IMG/VR virus record: IMGVR_UViG_3300036801_000212
Span: 1 to 64,000 of that record
DNA: 64,000 nt
Direction: 5' to 3' (one strand)
Source of the DNA: a virus
Lineage: Duplodnaviria > Heunggongvirae > Uroviricota > Caudoviricetes
Position numbers and translations under genes: made by a program. The notes under the pieces are model-generated. The model saw nothing but the letters and a program-made list of their open reading frames with translations, had not been told where the DNA came from and did no database searches. Position 1 is the first letter of the stretch, and every line of letters begins with the position of its first letter. Shown here in pieces: positions 17,005-25,988 of this stretch.

Positions 17005-17339
17005 TGGACTTCGAAGACATCAGGCTCGCGGTTACACCCTATCTGGAGAAGCTGGCTGAATTTGAGACCGCGGAACAGATTCGGGACTTTCTCGTGGTCG
17101 AGGGGATTAAGGCCACGAGAGGAAACCCATACAGCTGTGCTATCGCGGAATACGTTTACCGTGGCAGTGAGGTGCCGGTGAGGGTGAGTAGCGGTTGGAC
17201 CTCAAGCGCCTCCGTCCTCAGCTCTGCGCCCCTCAGCTCTGCGCCCCTCATCTCTGCGCCCCTCGGATTGCACACGGACGCGATGTGCGAGTTCGTTGGC
17301 AACTTCGATCAGAATCATTACCCGGAACTTGTCGCGTGA
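17004..17339 (+). CDS. amplified family B, copy 5 (contains internal SSAPL x3 tandem repeat)
   Basis: MDFEDIRLAVTPYLEKLAEFETAEQIRDFL...CAIAEYVYRGSE...FVGNFDQNHYPELVA; 3 x 15-bp repeat ctcagctctgcgccc. Confidence 0.55.
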   Translation: MDFEDIRLAVTPYLEKLAEFETAEQIRDFLVVEGIKATRGNPYSCAIAEYVYRGSEVPVRVSSGWTSSASVLSSAPLSSAPLISAPLGLHTDAMCEFVGNFDQNHYPELVA

Positions 17340-17362
17340 GTGACGAGAGAGAAGAGTGAATA

Positions 17363-17800
17363 ATGTCCCAAGGGGATGTAGCAGTAACAGTGATCGGCAA
17401 TTTGACGGCGGACCCCGAGATTCGCTTCATCTCGTCCGGCGCCGCGGTAGCAAACTTTACCGTGGCTGCGACACCGCGGACCTTCGACAAGCAGCGCAAC
17501 GAGTTTGTCGACGGTGAAGCTCTGTTCATGCGCTGCTCAATCTGGCGTGACGCGGCGGAGAACGTGGCCAACAGCCTCACCAAAGGCGCGAGGGTGATCG
17601 TCCAAGGACGTCTGCAGTCCCGCTCCTACGAGAAGGACGGACAAAAACACACCATCATTGAGTTGGCCGTGGATGAGATCGGTCCCTCCTTGAGGTACGC
17701 CAAGGCTGACGTACAGAAAGTTTCCAACGGCGCGGCTAATCGGGGTCGGGGTCAGCAGCAGGAAGAATGGGGACCTTCGGAGGAAGCACCGCCGTTCTAA
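17363..17800 (+). CDS. ssb: single-stranded DNA-binding protein
   Basis: OB-fold SSB signature ([13 protein letters not shown]...G.AVANFTVA...[12 protein letters not shown]) and acidic C-terminal tail EEAPPF. Confidence 0.9.
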   Translation: MSQGDVAVTVIGNLTADPEIRFISSGAAVANFTVAATPRTFDKQRNEFVDGEALFMRCSIWRDAAENVANSLTKGARVIVQGRLQSRSYEKDGQKHTIIELAVDEIGPSLRYAKADVQKVSNGAANRGRGQQQEEWGPSEEAPPF

Positions 17801-17846
17801 GTCGTTGGTCTGTCTCCTCGTTGCGATATATTTAGGAGTTCAGTAA

Positions 17847-19442
17847 GTGTCAGAACCAAAGTTGGAATATATTCCGATCGGCGATCTCGTGCCGCATCCG
17901 GACAATCCACGGCTGACCCTTCGTGAAGATGTGGTAGCACAACTCGCGGCCGAGATCGAACGCGTCAGGTTCGGCGCGCAACACGCGATTCTCGTACGTC
18001 CGCTCGGTGACAAGTATCAGATCGTCTCCGGCCATCACCGAGTCGAAGCTGCGTCTCGTGCTGGCGTCGACGTGGCGCCAGCGTGGGTCAACGAAGACAT
18101 GGACGACGATGAAGCGTTCATGCAGCTGGTGCTGTCCAACTCGCAAGGCGAGTTGTCGTCGCTGGAGATCGGCATGCACGCGTTGAAGGCCGTGCCGCTC
18201 GGCAAGCGTGGCCGCGGGAACCTCGGCGGAATTGCCGACTATTCCCGACGCATCGGATGGTCAGACGACTCAGTGCGTCAATGGCGTGCGGCGGCCGAGG
18301 TCGCCTCTGAAAATCCCGACACGTGTCGGGATTTTACGGACAGGGCTCGAAATCTTTTCGAGATCAGCAAGGCTCGCCGCGAGGTGTGGCACTTACTGGT
18401 GGATGCGCTGAAGTCGAAGGAGTGGACGGTCGCGCAGACGGCTGCCGCAGTCGGCAGGGTCGGCGAGTTCGCCAGCCATCTGACTAGCGACAACGCCAGC
18501 TGGTTGCCCATGGTGGACGTCATCGCCAAGCATCTCGCTCAGCCGGAGCGGTTCACGCCCACCACGGTGACCAGACTCCTCAACGCGGCGGCGCAGGTCG
18601 ACGACTGGATCAGTAGTAGTGGCACCAGCGCCGACGCCAACGCGTTCGATTCTTGGCTCACCGATAACAGTGGCGGAGATTCGTGGGACTACCGCAAGAT
18701 CATCAACTACCGCGCTGAGCTTGTGGCAGCAGCGGCCGCCAAGGCTGACGCGGAGAAGACCACTGCGAAGCTAGAGGTCCCCGACTGGCACCTCGGTTCG
18801 TGGGAAACCCACATTGACAATCTCTCTGACGGTTCGGTGTCTCTACTGCTGACCGACCCTCCATACGGGATGGACTACCAGTCCGACTACCGAGTTGACC
18901 GAACCGTTGAGCACCGACACGAGGTGCTCGAAGGTGACAGCAATCTCGCCGACGCGATGGCAACGCTGTGTGACTGTGCCGAGCGCATGCATCCCAAGCT
19001 AGCGGAAGATGCTCATCTCCTAGTGTTCTGTACGGCTCGCACCGAGCCTGTCACTCGCAACGCCCTTGAAGAGGCTGGCTACACCTTCCGCAGCTCTCTG
19101 ATCTGGGTGAAGAACAACACCGGCATGGGAGACCCGTCGACCACGTTCGCACCGAAGCATGAACGGATCATGCACTACGTCAAGGGGTCTCCAAAACTGC
19201 TGCGCCGGGAGCCCGACGTCCTTGAGGCAGACCGGATTAAGACCGATCGGCACCCGACCGAAAAACCGGTCGACCTACTGGAGCGCCTCATTGAGGCGTG
19301 CACCTCGCGCGGCCAGCGAATAGCCGACCCGTTCGCCGGCGTGGCTTCTACGTGTGTGGCAGCGAAGAGCACGGGTCGCACGTGGTGGGGTTGCGAGATC
19401 AATGAAACCTACTGGCGACACGGAGAGGAGCGACTGTCGTGA
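17847..19442 (+). CDS. ParB-like nuclease domain fused to DNA methyltransferase (N6-adenine/N4-cytosine type)
   Basis: N-terminal ParB/Srx motif ILVRPLGDKYQIVSGHHRVEAA; C-terminal MTase motifs DPPYGMDY (motif IV) and TEKPVDLLERLIEACTSRGQRIADPFAGVAST (AdoMet binding). Confidence 0.8.
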   Translation: MSEPKLEYIPIGDLVPHPDNPRLTLREDVVAQLAAEIERVRFGAQHAILVRPLGDKYQIVSGHHRVEAASRAGVDVAPAWVNEDMDDDEAFMQLVLSNSQGELSSLEIGMHALKAVPLGKRGRGNLGGIADYSRRIGWSDDSVRQWRAAAEVASENPDTCRDFTDRARNLFEISKARREVWHLLVDALKSKEWTVAQTAAAVGRVGEFASHLTSDNASWLPMVDVIAKHLAQPERFTPTTVTRLLNAAAQVDDWISSSGTSADANAFDSWLTDNSGGDSWDYRKIINYRAELVAAAAAKADAEKTTAKLEVPDWHLGSWETHIDNLSDGSVSLLLTDPPYGMDYQSDYRVDRTVEHRHEVLEGDSNLADAMATLCDCAERMHPKLAEDAHLLVFCTARTEPVTRNALEEAGYTFRSSLIWVKNNTGMGDPSTTFAPKHERIMHYVKGSPKLLRREPDVLEADRIKTDRHPTEKPVDLLERLIEACTSRGQRIADPFAGVASTCVAAKSTGRTWWGCEINETYWRHGEERLS

Positions 19443-20038
19443 GCCGAAAGGTTCACGACCTCTCGTTGGCACGCAAGCTTGGAGAGCGCTGGGAGCGCCA
19501 CTTCGGGACCATGGCCGCGTCACATGGACTGGTCTTCACTCCGCATCAGATCGTGTGCGGCACTGGTGAGTCGGCGGCGGCATACGGCCAAGAGAACGGC
19601 CAATGGAAGACGTACCTTCTACCAGACGTGACGGTATGGACGGCGCCCGGTGAGCACCACGAGATCAAACATAAGGAACGCGACAACCAGTTCTGCTACG
19701 GGTTGGAGCGATACCGGCTGGATGCCTTGGTCGGGTGGGCCAACAAGACACGTCAACGAGTCTGCTACACGATCCATGATTACAACGACGCATGCGGCCA
19801 GCTACAGTATTACCCGATCGCGGCGGAGACTGACACCCCCAACGACATTCGTCACTGGTGGTGTGCCGACATCCTCAATCTCGCCCAGAAGAACACCAGG
19901 GTCAATCCGAACGACACGTCGTTGATCAACGGCCGGCTGAGATCGCCAGTGGAGGTTGTGTACTGGCGACGAAGCGAATTCTTCCGGCCGCTCCGGGAGC
20001 TGTGGACTCCGCCGGACATTCCGCGCCAACGGAGATAG
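19439..20038 (+). CDS. hypothetical protein with possible PD-(D/E)xK nuclease core
   Basis: GTGA overlap with MTase gene; LLPDVTVW...GEHHEIKHK fits PD...ExK spacing; otherwise unassigned. Confidence 0.45.
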   Translation: MSRKVHDLSLARKLGERWERHFGTMAASHGLVFTPHQIVCGTGESAAAYGQENGQWKTYLLPDVTVWTAPGEHHEIKHKERDNQFCYGLERYRLDALVGWANKTRQRVCYTIHDYNDACGQLQYYPIAAETDTPNDIRHWWCADILNLAQKNTRVNPNDTSLINGRLRSPVEVVYWRRSEFFRPLRELWTPPDIPRQRR

Positions 20039-20251
20039 ACCATGACATCCGACGAGAGCAACTGTTGGTTCAATAATTTTGGGACGGTGATGAGCGTCCA
20101 GCGAACTGGCCGGACGCCATCCCGTGGCCAACGCAGATAGAAGAGCTTCCGCTAGATTGGGTTCAACAGCGCAGAGAAGAACTCGGCTTGAAAGTATCTA
20201 AGCCGTCCAAGTAGTCCCCGGAAGGAGGTCCGCCGTGGCATCTCGGCGTGC

Positions 20252-20671
20252 TTGGGTATGACGTGGCTTCAGGTCGATGATCACCTTTCGGATCATTACA
20301 AGGTGGTGGCCCTGGGCGCGGACCAGATGGTCGGCATTGGATTGCTGACACTTTGCGGCGCGTGGTGTGCAGACCGTCAGTCCGAGGGGTTCGTGCCGCA
20401 ACAGGTCGCCGATAGGTACGACCCCGGACTTCAGGTAGCGCGCCGACTCGTAGAAGTTGAATTATGGGATGACGCGTCCCTGGACGGCATTGTTGGCTAT
20501 CGGTTCTGCGACTGGGCCGACTACCATCTCGGCGCCGCCCCAGGTCTCAACAGGAAGTCGACTATCCGCGCGGCCGGAAGAGAGCGTCAGCGACGGTACC
20601 GCCAGCGTCGCAGCGCGGAACTCTCGGAAGTGTTTGACGATTCAGCTCAGTCGGGACGGGACTCACGGTGA
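20252..20671 (+). CDS. hypothetical protein; N-terminal domain paralogous to 20668..21654
   Basis: Shared W.KVDD....H.KV...G....G...L.CGAWCA....EGF.PQQV pattern. Confidence 0.45.
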   Translation: MGMTWLQVDDHLSDHYKVVALGADQMVGIGLLTLCGAWCADRQSEGFVPQQVADRYDPGLQVARRLVEVELWDDASLDGIVGYRFCDWADYHLGAAPGLNRKSTIRAAGRERQRRYRQRRSAELSEVFDDSAQSGRDSR

Positions 20672-21654
20672 GCTGGTTCAAGGTGGACGACTGCTTTCAT
20701 TCACATCCAAAAGTCTTAGATGCCGGGAACGAAGCCGTGGGGCTATACGTCAGGTGTGGGGCGTACTGCGCACAACACTTGACGGATGGGTTCATCCCGC
20801 AGCAGATTGTGTTGCTCTACGGCTCGAAGACGTTGGCGCAAAAGTTGGTGGATGCTCGGCTGTGGCGAGCCGTTGTGGATGGTTGGGAAATGAACGATTT
20901 TTTGACGTACAACAAGTCTCGATCGCAAGTCTTGGCGGAGCGCGCTGATAGTGCCGAACGGCAACGGCGATTGAGGGCGCGACGCGACCCCGGAACCGAG
21001 GAACTCGATTTCGCCACCGCCGACAGTAACGATGTTAGTCACGGTGTGACCGAGCCTTCTGAGTCCCCGAGTAACACCGTGACAAATGAAATGTCACACC
21101 TGCCCCGTCCCGTACTACCTTTAAGTACTAAAGAATCCAACATAACTTGTGCACAAGGTAAATCCAGCGATCCCTTCGACGAGTTCTGGTCCAGCTACCC
21201 GAGAACGGTCCAGAAGCAGGACGCCAGGAAGGCTTGGACGCAACAACTGCGCAAAAATGTCACTCCCGAGCAGATGACTACCGGGGCCAAGGGCTACGCG
21301 GCCTACCACCAACGCCGGAACACCGATCAGGAGTTCATCAAGCACCCGGCATCTTGGCTCCGAGCCGGCGGATACGAGGACTTCCAGCCGGAAGCTCCGC
21401 CCGAGATGGACGCCCGGACGCCAGTGGAGATTCTGCGTGACCTCTGGCGTGCCGCCGATGCTCAAGCCGTAGCTCGCATCTTGCGCGTCCCCTACTCCGA
21501 CCCAGGGCAGCCGCCGTCGGACCCCACTCCGCACGCAAAGTGGATTCGAGCAAGGCATCAAGAGTGGATTGAGGAACATCGGGATACCGCCATCAAGGTC
21601 CTCACCGAGAAAGCCGCTGAGATGGCCGCAGAGGAAACGGAGGGTCATGTCTAG
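20668..21654 (+). CDS. putative replication initiation/replisome-organiser-like DNA-binding protein
   Basis: N-terminal domain paralogous to upstream gene; C-terminal FDEFWSSYPR...KAW...GAKGYAAY...HPASWLRAGGYEDF resembles phage replication-protein DNA-binding motifs (inference). Confidence 0.5.
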   Translation: MSWFKVDDCFHSHPKVLDAGNEAVGLYVRCGAYCAQHLTDGFIPQQIVLLYGSKTLAQKLVDARLWRAVVDGWEMNDFLTYNKSRSQVLAERADSAERQRRLRARRDPGTEELDFATADSNDVSHGVTEPSESPSNTVTNEMSHLPRPVLPLSTKESNITCAQGKSSDPFDEFWSSYPRTVQKQDARKAWTQQLRKNVTPEQMTTGAKGYAAYHQRRNTDQEFIKHPASWLRAGGYEDFQPEAPPEMDARTPVEILRDLWRAADAQAVARILRVPYSDPGQPPSDPTPHAKWIRARHQEWIEEHRDTAIKVLTEKAAEMAAEETEGHV

Positions 21655-22048
21655 CCACGGACACGAGGGTTCCCACTCTGAGTCGTTAGCGTTGAATCTG
21701 GGCGGCAAAGAGACGGCACTGCGAGACGACAGTGGAAGCCTTGATGGCTTCAGGGTCGATTCCCCGCGGTACGTGTACTTCATTCGCGCCGTGAACGGTG
21801 GTCCCATCAAGATCGGTTCCGCCAACTATCCCGGCCAACGACTGAGTCAACTACAGACAGGTAACCCGATGGAGTTGACGATAGTTGGGTTGATTCCCTT
21901 GGACGACAACCCCGCGCTGGAGCAACGGCTCCATGTGAAGTTCGGCCGGATGCGACTACTGGGTGAATGGTTCGCTCCGAGCAACTCGCTTCTGCGCTAC
22001 ATCCAGTCGAACGCCGCATCCCCCTCTCGGCTGGGAGTGGACTGGTGA
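21647..22048 (+). CDS. T5orf172 (MUG113-like, GIY-YIG-related) domain protein
   Basis: YVYFIRAVNGGPIKIGSANYPGQRLSQLQTGNP..L.IVG...D...LEQRLHVKFGRMRLLGEWF matches T5orf172 domain pattern. Confidence 0.55.
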   Translation: MSSHGHEGSHSESLALNLGGKETALRDDSGSLDGFRVDSPRYVYFIRAVNGGPIKIGSANYPGQRLSQLQTGNPMELTIVGLIPLDDNPALEQRLHVKFGRMRLLGEWFAPSNSLLRYIQSNAASPSRLGVDW

Positions 22049-23330
22049 CCGACTTCACCGAACTCGAATTACGCTCAGACCCCGCTGAGTCTTGTCTTCT
22101 AGGCGCTCTTGGATACCACGCCGAGTCCATGCGTCACGTCCTCGAATCCGTCTCCCCTCAAGACTTCTTCAAGCCCGCGAGAGAATCGGTCTGGTCCGCC
22201 GCTAGGAAACTTCTCGCGGACGGGAAACCCATCGACCCCGTGGCTATTGCAAGACAGTTGCACTCCGATGGACAGTACAACAACGCGGTTGAGCGTTTGA
22301 TCTCAACGGAGATGTCCTCCCCGTACTCGGTTGATCTTGCGTCTAGGTACGCTGAGACCGTTGTCGATCTCGCTCACAAGAGAAAACTCCTCCGCGCCTG
22401 TCAAAAGGCCATCGACATTGTCGGCACCCATCCGGGTCAGTGGTCCGAGGCACTCTCTGCGGTCAAGGCGCAGTTCGATGGCTTCAACACTGACAAAGAT
22501 GAGCCTTCAACGCTCAACTGGTCACAGTTGGTGGACGAGTTTGAAGTCACCCACGCTCCGGGCGGCTCCCGTCCGCCGACACCGTCGCCGTGGTGGCAGT
22601 TAGATCAACTTATCGGCGGGTTCTTCGGCTCACGCGTCTACGTGATAGGCGGGAGGCCTGGTACGGGAAAAGTTCGGCGGCCATAATGGCCGGCACCCAC
22701 GCAGCTAGAGAATCCAACAAACAGGTACTGATCTTCTCGAAGGAAATGCCGACAATCGACGTCACCGGCAGAATCGTATCCGCCGGCGCGGAGATTCCGT
22801 TGCAGGAAATCGCGGAAAGAAGGTTGAACGACGAAGCGAGACAACGTATCAGAGCGTGGACGAGGAAGATCGGCAACATCCCACTTCGAGTCAACGCACG
22901 GCCGTGTAATCTTTCCCAGATCAAAAATCAAGCTCGAGCTCAGCATGCTCGTGTCGGGTTAGATTTCCTCGTCGTTGACTATGTCCAATTGGTGCGGACC
23001 GGGTCTTCTTCGCAGAGTCAGGAGCAAGAAGTCGCCGAGGTGTCAAAGCAGATGAAAGCTTTGGCGATGGAGCTGGACATCCCCGTTGTCCTCCCGGCGC
23101 AGTTGAATCGCCAGTCGGTGAACCGTACCGATCCGCGTCCCACCATGGCCGACCTTCGTAACAGCGGACAACTTGAACAGGACGCTGACGTGGTGATACT
23201 CCTGTACCGGCCGCCGGATGAGCACGGTCAGCCGACCCGAGGGATTGAGTTGCTTGTCGACAAGAACCGTCACGGCCCTACGGGGACTGTCGAACTCGAT
23301 TGGTACGGAGCCTACGGGGTGATCAAGTGA
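22045..23330 (+). CDS. dnaB: DnaB-like replicative helicase, reading frame interrupted by 1-nt shift in A-run at 22668-22671 (frameshift/pseudogene/sequencing error)
   Basis: N-terminal DnaB domain (AESCLLGALGYHAESM); Walker A GGRPGTGK continues in +1 frame as SSAAIMAG; downstream motifs DFLVVDYVQL, SGQLEQDAD, KNRHGPTG. Confidence 0.7.
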
Positions 23331-23602
23331 CCCGTCCCTCCCTAGATAAAACAATAGAAGCCATGACGGAAATGGCCAAAACCAACCAAAGTCCAGAACT
23401 CCACGACCTCCTAGCGGCAGCGGAATACATAAACTTCGACCACCAATCACAAGACGAATACTCCACGAAAAAAGGTTGGGGTAAATGTGAAACATGCAAT
23501 ACAAAGTGGCCGTGCATTGCGTGGAAGACAACAGAAATGGCGATCGTCGAGTGGTTGATCAAATCTAGCACTTGCTTGATTGAGACATGGAGGGATAGAT
23601 GA
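23327..23602 (+). CDS. hypothetical protein
   Basis: GTGA overlap with helicase stop; ORF. Confidence 0.4.
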   Translation: MTRPSLDKTIEAMTEMAKTNQSPELHDLLAAAEYINFDHQSQDEYSTKKGWGKCETCNTKWPCIAWKTTEMAIVEWLIKSSTCLIETWRDR

Positions 23603-23793
23603 GCATCTACACAGTAGAGACTCGAAAGTGGCGGCACCTTTGGGAACTAACCATCTTTGACCCCGACGGTAAGGAGATCGGAGTTACCGCCTCCACATCT
23701 CTTCTTCGCGCCGATAAAATGGTGAGAGATTACCTTCGACTGGACGGTATATATGACGCTGAGATCATCATTCGTGGGGATACCGACCAATGA
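23599..23793 (+). CDS. hypothetical protein
   Basis: ATGA overlap; ORF. Confidence 0.45.
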   Translation: MSIYTVETRKWRHLWELTIFDPDGKEIGVTASTSLLRADKMVRDYLRLDGIYDAEIIIRGDTDQ

Positions 23794-23912
23794 GTTGGGA
23801 CCCGGTCCACATCTGTTACATATGTAATCTCGAAGTGGACGAGCACTGTCGAAAATGCGACGCGTGCCATCACGAACCGTGTCCCCTCCCGGAGGAATGT
23901 GAGAACTCGTGA
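23790..23912 (+). CDS. small Cys-rich protein (40 aa; CYIC...HCRKCDACHHEPC)
   Basis: ATGA overlap with upstream stop; not in 60-aa ORF track; part of coupled chain. Confidence 0.3.
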   Translation: MSWDPVHICYICNLEVDEHCRKCDACHHEPCPLPEECENS

Positions 23913-24073
23913 CGACCGACATTCAACGCATCAAGAATATTCTTCGAGCCAATGATATGCACGAAGAAGCTTGTGCGAGACGCCAGGAGGTGAAGATTCG
24001 CCAGCTGTCGGATGTCCTATATATACAGAACCTGCCACCATGCGATTGCCTGCTAGTGGAGGAGAATCAATGA
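23909..24073 (+). CDS. small hypothetical protein (54 aa)
   Basis: GTGA overlap upstream and ATGA overlap downstream link it into the coupled gene chain. Confidence 0.3.
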   Translation: MTTDIQRIKNILRANDMHEEACARRQEVKIRQLSDVLYIQNLPPCDCLLVEENQ

Positions 24074-24264
24074 TCGTTCTGGACGTGTTCGCGGGGATAC
24101 TCATCTTCGTGATGTTGTTGATCGTGGCGGTGGGTCCGATGAATTGGTTCTCTCGTCTACCTCTCCCAGAGTTCGTCAAATTTTCCATCTACATTGGTTG
24201 GATTCTTGCGAGCGGGGCGGGAGTTCCGGTAACAATCATCTATTTCCTCGGTTGGTTGCGATGA
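24070..24264 (+). CDS. small membrane protein (two TM helices)
   Basis: ATGA overlap; hydrophobic segments GILIFVMLLIVAVG and IYIGWILASGAGVPVTIIYFLGWL. Confidence 0.4.
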   Translation: MIVLDVFAGILIFVMLLIVAVGPMNWFSRLPLPEFVKFSIYIGWILASGAGVPVTIIYFLGWLR

Positions 24265-24671
24265 TCGAGTACGACTGGTCCCTTTTCATTCCCGGGCGGC
24301 CAGCTCCACAGGGGTCGAAACGTCATGTCGGCAACGGAGTCTTGGTGGAGTCATCGAAGGCATTGGCTCCGTGGCGAACGCTGGTGGCGTGGAGTGCCGC
24401 ACAGCATTGGCGTGAGGCTCCCCTTCTGGGCGCGGTGTGGGTGCAGTTGCAATTCGTGATGCCGCGACCGTTGTCCACCCCGAAGAAAGCCACCCCCCCG
24501 GCGATTAAGAAGCCGGATGCGGACAAGCTCACCCGCGCCATCTTTGACGCTCTAAGCGGAGTGTGCTGGAAGGACGACTCCCAGATCGTCGATCTTCATG
24601 CTTCTAAGCGGCTTGCGGAGCTTGATGAACTGCCGGGAGTCCAGATCGACATTGGAGAGCCTGATGGGTGA
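24261..24671 (+). CDS. rusA: RusA-family Holliday-junction resolvase
   Basis: IPGRPAPQGSKRH...PW...A........P.WVQLQFVMPRP.S...PDADKLTRAIFDALSGV.WKDDSQIVDLHASK matches RusA motifs. Confidence 0.8.
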   Translation: MIEYDWSLFIPGRPAPQGSKRHVGNGVLVESSKALAPWRTLVAWSAAQHWREAPLLGAVWVQLQFVMPRPLSTPKKATPPAIKKPDADKLTRAIFDALSGVCWKDDSQIVDLHASKRLAELDELPGVQIDIGEPDG

Positions 24672-24719
24672 CCGTAGACGCCATCTCGTTTTCGCTGACC
24701 AAAATGCGTAGCGCGCAAG

Positions 24720-25988
24720 CCCCCGGATTTATCCGTGGGGTTAGCGCATCAAGTGACAGCGCAGTCGGGTACGCTGTCACCCATGAGCGGTCGGGTGGTG
24801 AAGCGGGCGTACCGCTACCGCTTCTACCCGACCGACGATCAGGCTCAACAGCTCGCCCGCACCTTCGGTTGCGTCCGCTACGTCTACAACCGTGCCCTCG
24901 CCGAACGGTCCCGGGCGTGGACGCAGGAGCAGCGGCGGGTCACCCACGCGGAGACCGACAAGATGCTCACCGCATGGAAACGCGACCCGGAAACCGAGTG
25001 GCTCACCGAGCCGTCGAAAGGGCCTCTGCAGGCCACGCTGCGGAACCTACAGACCGCCTATGTCAACTTTTGGGGCAAGCGGGCGAAGTACCCGACGTTC
25101 AAGAAGCGCGGCAAGACGACCGACGCGGCAACGTACTTCCGGAACTGCTTCACCTTCCGCGAAGGCGTGCTCACACTGGCCAAGCAGGACCAGTCGCTGC
25201 GGATCGTGTGGTCGAGACCGTTGCCCGAGGGTGCGGCGCCGTCGCAGGTGACGGTGTCCCGGAACTCGCGGGGCCAGTACCACATCTCGATCCTGTGCGA
25301 GTCGATCGTGCACGACGGGCCGACCACGGGCACGTCGGTGGGTGTGGACGCCGGGATCACCTCGCTGGTGACCCTGTCCACCGGGGAAAAGATCACCAAC
25401 CCGAAGCACGAGAAACGGGATCGAGCCCGGCTCGCGCTCGTGCAACGGCGGTTGTCCCGGAAGGCGAAAGGCTCCGCGAACCGGACGAAGGCTCGGCTCA
25501 AGGTAGCGAAGATCCACGGCCGTATCCGCGACCGCAGGCTCGACGTCCTCCACAAATTATCGACTCGTCTCGTTCACGAGAACCAAGTGATCGTCATCGA
25601 GGACTTAGCAGTACGCAACATGGTGAAGAACCACAGCCTGGCCCGCTCAATCTCCGACGCGAGTTGGTCGGAGTTGCGGCGCCAACTGGAGTACAAGGCC
25701 GACTGGTACGGCCGGACCGTGATAGCCATCGACCGGTGGTATCCGTCGAGCAAAACATGCTCGACCTGTGGGGCGATCGTCGAATCTCTGCCGTTGAACA
25801 TCCGCGAGTGGACGTGCACCTGTGGCGCGACCCACGACCGGGATGTGAATGCGGCGCGCAACATACGAGCGCTCGGGCTGAGCGTGCTCGCCTCTGGAGA
25901 TGGTGTGAGACCGCCTCGCGTCTAGCGCGAGGAGGCAGCCGTTGATGAACGAGGAATCCCCCGGCTTCAGCCGTGGGGAGCAAGTCAA
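24720..25988 (+). mobile_element. IS200/IS605-family insertion sequence carrying tnpB only (IS1341-like), ~1.27 kb
   Basis: Left-end hairpin CCCCCGGATTTATCCGTGGGG (24720-24740) and right-end hairpin CCCCCGGCTTCAGCCGTGGGG followed by AGCAAGTCAA; same termini as second element at 40409-41705. Confidence 0.65.
24783..25925 (+). CDS. tnpB: TnpB (IS605 OrfB-family RNA-guided nuclease-like transposon protein)
   Basis: KRAYRYRFYPTDDQAQQLARTFGCVRYVYNRAL N-terminus, RuvC-like core, C-terminal Zn finger CSTCG...CTCG, NAARNI motif. Confidence 0.85.
   Translation: MSGRVVKRAYRYRFYPTDDQAQQLARTFGCVRYVYNRALAERSRAWTQEQRRVTHAETDKMLTAWKRDPETEWLTEPSKGPLQATLRNLQTAYVNFWGKRAKYPTFKKRGKTTDAATYFRNCFTFREGVLTLAKQDQSLRIVWSRPLPEGAAPSQVTVSRNSRGQYHISILCESIVHDGPTTGTSVGVDAGITSLVTLSTGEKITNPKHEKRDRARLALVQRRLSRKAKGSANRTKARLKVAKIHGRIRDRRLDVLHKLSTRLVHENQVIVIEDLAVRNMVKNHSLARSISDASWSELRRQLEYKADWYGRTVIAIDRWYPSSKTCSTCGAIVESLPLNIREWTCTCGATHDRDVNAARNIRALGLSVLASGDGVRPPRV

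Noticed and set aside
21121-21825. 234-aa minus-strand ORF antisense to replication-protein and T5orf172 genes
   Set aside because: Shadow ORF; the plus-strand genes carry recognisable domains.
24668-25945. 425-aa ORF in alternate frame overlapping tnpB, and minus-strand ORFs 25047..25555, 25594..26321
   Set aside because: High-GC shadow ORFs. The TnpB frame carries all family motifs.
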